In this document: positions 16,792 through 21,581 of the stretch, piece after piece | How positions within the stretch are numbered: the stretch's first letter is position 1 | Layout: each line of letters begins with the position of its first letter | Source of the DNA: Chthonomonadales bacterium | GTDB lineage: Bacteria; Armatimonadota; Chthonomonadetes; Chthonomonadales; Chthonomonadaceae | Assembly (NCBI GenBank): GCA_038217285.1 | Contig: JBBQPO010000075.1 | Location: 1-21,581, forward strand | Reading direction: 5' to 3' | DNA: 21,581 nt | Made by a program: the position numbers and the translations under genes | The notes under the pieces: generated by a model | What the model was told of the DNA's origin: nothing | Databases searched by the model: none | Seen by the model: only the letters and a program-made list of their open reading frames with translations

Positions 16792-18387
16792 ATGCGCGCT
16801 GAACGCTGGTACTGGTTGATCGCTTTTTGCGTGGTGTCGTTCCTCGTTCATGTCGGGGCTGCATGGACGGGGCCCGGCTACGGAATGTCTGGTGTCAGGG
16901 CGCGAGATCCTGAAATCGTGATCTCGCTGCAGCCGGAGAGCGCTGCGCCGAAACCGGAGGTCAAGTCGGTCGCGAAGCCCAAGCCGATTCCACCCCCGCT
17001 CGCCAAGACGCCGACGCGGTCCCTCGAGAAGACGGCCGTCAGTCACCGTGTGATCACGGGCAATAGGCCCACCGTTGTGAAGGCACCGCGGGAGCATGCT
17101 CGGAAGACTGGGGCTCCTGCCGCAGGCAGTCTTGCCATGCCCGACGACAAGCCAGCGCCGCTCGGCCTCCCAACCGCCCCCCATGCTCCGCCGCAGCCAC
17201 GCAGCCATATCGCGCTGAACAACGTGCATGCCGGCGGCGGAACGCCATCGCCCTCGGTCATTCCGGACGGCAAAGGTGGCGCGCCCGGACCGGAAGCTCC
17301 GCCCGAAGAGGTGCTCTTCACAGGCGGCGGCAAGGGCGGCAAGCAACTGCCGAAGGAAGCGCCCCGAATAGGCGGCGGAGGCGGCGCTTCGATCCTTTCC
17401 GTGGAGAATCCCCTGGCGAAGGAGAGTAGACCCGAGGACAAGCCCGGCGTCGGCCCTGGCACAGGAGGCAACCTCGGCGCGGGCAGCGGGGGCGGAGTCG
17501 GTTTTGCCAGGGGCAAGGGCATCGGCACGAACCCCAACGGCAAAGTGGCCGTCGGTTCCTTCTCCAATCAGGTCGGGCAGGGGAACGGCAACGCCAGTGG
17601 GAGCGGCGCGGGCACTCGCGCGCCCGGCGGTGGGCACGGCACCGGTTCGGAACTGCCCGGCACCGGGGGTGAATCGACGACCGGTTACGGCCGCGGTAAA
17701 GGAACTGGGATCGGCAGCGGTGCGACGAGCGGCACGGAAGGCAAAGGCAGTCCTTCGTTTGGCGATGTCGCCGGCCTGCTCGGCGGCAAGGGCCGGGGTG
17801 GGGGCGGAACCGGGCAGGGCGGCGGAGGAGACGGGACTCGCGGCGGCGTCTTCGGCACTAAACCCAAAGCGGACAGCAAGGGAGCCCTCCATATCGTCTA
17901 TGTCCTCGATGTCTCCGGCAGCATGCGCGAAGGCAATAAGATCGGCAAAGCGAAAGAGGTGCTCAAGGAGGCGCTGCTCGGGCTGAAAGAAGGCGATACG
18001 TTTAATATCATCAGCTTTAGCCGGGAGGTGCGGCGGCTCTATCCGGATATGCTGCCTGCCGACCCGGATATAGTACAGTCCGCCATGGAGTATGTGGATA
18101 GGATGAGAATGGGCGACGGCACCAATATCTCGGCAGCGATGGATATCGCCCTTAAATACGAGGGCGTCTCGCAGATCTATCTGATGTCCGATGGCGAGCC
18201 GAATGCCGGTATCGAAGATTTTCAGCAGTTGCGCGACTATATTCACGACCACAACAAGAGTAATGTCCGTATCTCGACGATGGCGCTCTGTCTGGGCGAA
18301 AAGTATAAGGGCGAACCCCTGATGCGCGGCATTGCCGGCGACACACAGGGCACCTACAGCTACATCAATATGAAACTCATTCGGTAG
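16792..18387 (+). CDS. TonB-like membrane-anchored Pro/Gly-rich protein with a C-terminal vWA domain
   Basis: TM helix WLIAFCVVSFLVHVG (S-x3-H); the same Gly-rich core; vWA MIDAS residues VYVLDVSGSM, GDGTN, LMSDGEPN. Confidence 0.88.
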   Translation: MRAERWYWLIAFCVVSFLVHVGAAWTGPGYGMSGVRARDPEIVISLQPESAAPKPEVKSVAKPKPIPPPLAKTPTRSLEKTAVSHRVITGNRPTVVKAPREHARKTGAPAAGSLAMPDDKPAPLGLPTAPHAPPQPRSHIALNNVHAGGGTPSPSVIPDGKGGAPGPEAPPEEVLFTGGGKGGKQLPKEAPRIGGGGGASILSVENPLAKESRPEDKPGVGPGTGGNLGAGSGGGVGFARGKGIGTNPNGKVAVGSFSNQVGQGNGNASGSGAGTRAPGGGHGTGSELPGTGGESTTGYGRGKGTGIGSGATSGTEGKGSPSFGDVAGLLGGKGRGGGGTGQGGGGDGTRGGVFGTKPKADSKGALHIVYVLDVSGSMREGNKIGKAKEVLKEALLGLKEGDTFNIISFSREVRRLYPDMLPADPDIVQSAMEYVDRMRMGDGTNISAAMDIALKYEGVSQIYLMSDGEPNAGIEDFQQLRDYIHDHNKSNVRISTMALCLGEKYKGEPLMRGIAGDTQGTYSYINMKLIR

Positions 18388-18429
18388 TCCGGTAGTAGAG
18401 AAGGACCGATAGGATCTCAGGAGGAGAAG

Positions 18430-20460
18430 ATGCGCTTCCTTCGTTGTCTCTTGGTGCTGGCAGGAAGCTGCCTGACCGCCCCGATCCCGGCGCAGGCGCC
18501 CCAACCGCACTTCGTTGATGTGCCGGACTCCACGACGCCGATATCGGGGCAGTTTACCCTGCGCATCGGGATGGAGGCGCGATCACGCACGATCCGTCCT
18601 CTGCCCGCTCCTCCCCGTGCGGGGAAAGGAGGCGTGCGCGTCACGGTCTATCTGGACGGCAGCCTGTTTCTGAGCGACGAGGCGCCGCTGACCTACACCT
18701 GGGACACGCGCACGGTACGGAACGGGCAGCACACGCTTCTGCTGCGCGGCCTCGATGCGACCGGCCATACCGAGCAGACGCTCGAAAAAATTATGCTTCT
18801 CATTGCCAACGACAGCCCCGTCGTTGTGCCCACGCCAGGACGCGACCGTCCCAATGCACCCATCGCCGGACGAACCCGTTACCCGGAACGTAATTTCGGC
18901 AGTCCCTCTGCGGCAGCGGTCGCCCCCGAACGTCGCGTCCTTGCTATCCTGCATCCGCAGCAGAGCAGCCTCTCGCTCACGGCGAACGCGCATCCGTTGG
19001 AGGTGCATGCCACGGCGCTGAATCTGGTGGGGGACCGACTCTGTATCGGTCGGCCGGACGGCGGTCTGACCCTCTACGATGGCAAAAGCCATCGCGGGCA
19101 GACGCTCCGACTGCCGCAGCCGACCGGCAAAGTCGTCGCCATTCAGAGCGACGCTGAAACGATCATCTGGCTGACCGACCCGGTGTCGGCCCCTGCGCCC
19201 TCACCCACGACCTCCGACCCCGTGCGTGATTCGACGCCGCCGACCCTGCGTCAGCTCTTCGTCTATCGGCCTGCGGAGCGGACGCTGACCAGCTTCTATC
19301 TCGGGGAAGCGAACACCTTCGCCGCCACCACCCGCGTCACCCCCTGGCAGTCCGGCATCGCCCTTTTCGCCGGGAGCGCCAACGGCCTGCTCGACCCGGC
19401 CACCGGCGAGATCGTCAATCTGGAGTCGCAGTTGCCGCCGGGATCGACCGACAGCGCCTCTCGCTACTCCGCGCTCTATCTGGCTGCGGACGGGAGCGAT
19501 GGGCTGCTGGTGCGTGCCGACACCCGCCTCGACGACGGACCCGGCGCAAACGGCAACATCTCCCGCCTGCGGCTGGCCCTGTGGCGCCTGCACGACGCGA
19601 CCTGGACCTCCTCCGGCGTTTTTCTCTCCGCAGCCACCGATACGTGGCGGCTCGTCCCGCTGGCGGTGACGCCGCAGGGCGTCTGTTCCGTGGAAAATAG
19701 GACGGGGCTGCACGTCGGTCTCAACGAGGGACTGGGGCAGTCGCAGCCGCTCACGCTGCCTTTCCGCAACTACTTCCAGTCGCAAAACGCGCAGGTCGCG
19801 TTGGGAGGGCGGCATCTCTGGACGACCGACGGCGCGGTGCTCTACCACACCGATCTCGACAGCACCACCTCGGACGCGTTTCTGCCCTGGAACGACAAAG
19901 GTCTCCGAATCCTGGCCTTCGCTCCCGAAAAGAAGGACGGCGTCTGGCTGGCCACCAGTCATGATGTTCGCCATCTTTCCCTGAACCACCCCGATCCCAA
20001 ACTCGGCTATGCCGGGCTCATCAAGTTCCGGCTGGGCACGGAGTCCGCCACGCCCACACGGCCAACGGACCAGAAGCTGGCGAGCCTCGTGGCGGAGTGG
20101 CAGGGCGTGCCGTACAAGTGGGGCGGCAGCACCAAACAGGGCGCCGACTGCTCTGGCTTTGTCATGGCGGTGCATCAGCAGTTCGGCGTCTCCCTGCCTC
20201 GCGACACGGTCGGCCTGCGCGACAGCACCAAGGGCGCGCTCATCCACGATGAGCTTCAGTATGGAGACGTCCTCGTCTATCCCGGCCACTGCGCCATCTA
20301 CATCGGCGACGGCAAAACGGCGGAGACCGTGGACAAATCCGTCAGCTACGCCTCCGTCTGGTACCACGACGAGGTCGTCGTCCGCCGCTTCCTCCACACC
20401 CAACAGAGTCAGCCGCCTGACTCAAATACAAAGCACCGATCCAAACAACGCTCTCGCTAG
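18430..20460 (+). CDS. Secreted NlpC/P60 (C40) peptidase with an N-terminal Ig-like domain and a beta-rich middle region
   Basis: Signal peptide; Ig-like VTVYLDG...APLTYTWDTRTVRNGQHTL; C-terminal GVPYKWGG...GADCSGFV...YGDVL..PGHCAIYIGDGKTAE. Confidence 0.87.
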   Translation: MRFLRCLLVLAGSCLTAPIPAQAPQPHFVDVPDSTTPISGQFTLRIGMEARSRTIRPLPAPPRAGKGGVRVTVYLDGSLFLSDEAPLTYTWDTRTVRNGQHTLLLRGLDATGHTEQTLEKIMLLIANDSPVVVPTPGRDRPNAPIAGRTRYPERNFGSPSAAAVAPERRVLAILHPQQSSLSLTANAHPLEVHATALNLVGDRLCIGRPDGGLTLYDGKSHRGQTLRLPQPTGKVVAIQSDAETIIWLTDPVSAPAPSPTTSDPVRDSTPPTLRQLFVYRPAERTLTSFYLGEANTFAATTRVTPWQSGIALFAGSANGLLDPATGEIVNLESQLPPGSTDSASRYSALYLAADGSDGLLVRADTRLDDGPGANGNISRLRLALWRLHDATWTSSGVFLSAATDTWRLVPLAVTPQGVCSVENRTGLHVGLNEGLGQSQPLTLPFRNYFQSQNAQVALGGRHLWTTDGAVLYHTDLDSTTSDAFLPWNDKGLRILAFAPEKKDGVWLATSHDVRHLSLNHPDPKLGYAGLIKFRLGTESATPTRPTDQKLASLVAEWQGVPYKWGGSTKQGADCSGFVMAVHQQFGVSLPRDTVGLRDSTKGALIHDELQYGDVLVYPGHCAIYIGDGKTAETVDKSVSYASVWYHDEVVVRRFLHTQQSQPPDSNTKHRSKQRSR

Positions 20461-20749
20461 ACCCGCGCTTTTGGGGTATCCAGATCCCTCTTGACCTGTT
20501 CCAACTGTTTCAATGCGGGTTCGGTTGTCTTTGGGGGTCCCCAAGAATGCCCATATTGTTGTGTAATTTCGCTTCTGCTGCCTCTATCCGCTCATCGGGG
20601 GCAGGACTCAACTAAATGCCGTTTCAGTCAGAAGGCGGAAGGAGATAGCCGAACTCCCATGGAATCACCCTGGTAAGATCGTCGGGTACTCGCTTTCTAC
20701 AGGCGAGCGTAATCTGACGGCAAGCATACCACACGGAGGGGAACTACCG

Positions 20750-21581
20750 ATGAGAGCGTATAGAGGGATGTCGGCCGTGCTGTTCGGAACGCTGCTCCTG
20801 TTTTTGAACGCACGCGTCGCGACACAGACCGCAGGGGCAGGGCAGCCGCCGCAGAACTCGACCGAGTGGTCGAGCTATGGCGGAGGTCCCGATGGAATTC
20901 GATACTCGCCACTCACTCAGATAGACCGCTCGAACGTCAGCCGGCTTCAGGTCGCGTGGACCTACGATTCCGGTGAGGGGCCGGGCGGTACCCAGTGCCA
21001 GCCGCTCGTGGCCGGGGGCGTGCTCTATGCCGTCACCCCCCAGCACAACGTGGCTGCGCTGGACGCCGCCACGGGGCACGTGATCTGGAAGTTCGAGTCC
21101 GGCATCACCGGGCGCGGCCCGAACCGCGGAGTCACCTACTGGACCGAGGGCAGCGAGCGGCGCGTCTTTGTAGCCGTCACGCAGTTTGTCTATGCACTGG
21201 ATGCAGCCACCGGCAAGCCGATCCCGAGCTTCGGCACGAATGGGCGCATCGACTTGCGCGAGGGGGTGGGGCGCGATCCGGCCAAGCAGTCCGTCATCCT
21301 GACGACCCCGGGGGTCGTCTTCAAGGACCTCCTGATCGTTGGCGGCCGCGTGTCCGAGGGGCTGCCATGCACTCCCGGCGACATCCGCGCCTATGATGTC
21401 CGTAGCGGCCGGATGCGCTGGTCGTTCCACACGATTCCCCATCCGGGCGAGTTTGGCTACAAAACATGGCCCCGACTGGCATGGAAGGTCTCCGGTTCGG
21501 CCAACAACTGGGCAGGAATGACTGTGGATGCCGCGCGTGGAATGGTGTTCGTGCCGACCGGATCGGCGGCCAGCGACTTCT
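20750..21581 (+). CDS. PQQ-dependent (glucose/quinate-type) dehydrogenase, truncated by the window end
   Basis: Translated by hand because it is not in the ORF track: signal peptide, then EWSSYGGGPDGIRYSPLTQIDRSNVSRLQVAWTY, ALDAATG..IWKF, FGTNGRIDL, PGDIRAYDVRSG..RWSFHTIP, NNWAGMTVD..RGMVFVPTGS. GGAGGG SD upstream. Confidence 0.9.
   Translation, partial: MRAYRGMSAVLFGTLLLFLNARVATQTAGAGQPPQNSTEWSSYGGGPDGIRYSPLTQIDRSNVSRLQVAWTYDSGEGPGGTQCQPLVAGGVLYAVTPQHNVAALDAATGHVIWKFESGITGRGPNRGVTYWTEGSERRVFVAVTQFVYALDAATGKPIPSFGTNGRIDLREGVGRDPAKQSVILTTPGVVFKDLLIVGGRVSEGLPCTPGDIRAYDVRSGRMRWSFHTIPHPGEFGYKTWPRLAWKVSGSANNWAGMTVDAARGMVFVPTGSAASDF

Noticed and set aside
20461-20749. Possible riboswitch upstream of the PQQ dehydrogenase
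   Set aside because: Only short, weak stems; I recognise no aptamer consensus.
20744-21442. 232-aa minus-strand ORF
   Set aside because: Shadow of the plus-strand PQQ dehydrogenase, which the ORF track omitted because it has no stop codon within the window.

Overview
GC-rich bacterial chromosomal window; the DUF1559/H-X9-DG pseudopilin and the style of the receiver domain suggest Armatimonadota (inference). From left to right it holds a YwqK/MORN-variant repeat protein, an antitoxin + PemK/MazF toxin pair, a PspA/IM30-like coiled coil fused in frame to a Gfo/Idh/MocA oxidoreductase, a stand-alone atpG and a divergent dapF. Next come a minus-strand 6S RNA with its own promoter and terminator (absent from the ORF track), a BON-domain protein and an ECF sigma factor fused to a pseudo-receiver and TPR-like tail. 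These are followed by a DUF1559 pseudopilin-like gene behind Pho-box-like repeats, a PfkB kinase and a hypothetical protein. The most striking block is a six-gene operon (11580-20460): secreted TPR protein, ExbB/TolQ, ExbD/TolR, two paralogous TonB-like proteins and an NlpC/P60 hydrolase. Both TonB-like proteins keep the S-x3-H membrane anchor and share a conserved Gly-rich core, but they end in PA14 or vWA domains instead of TonB_C. This is a candidate proton-motive-force-driven adhesion or envelope motor. A PQQ-dependent dehydrogenase runs off the right end.
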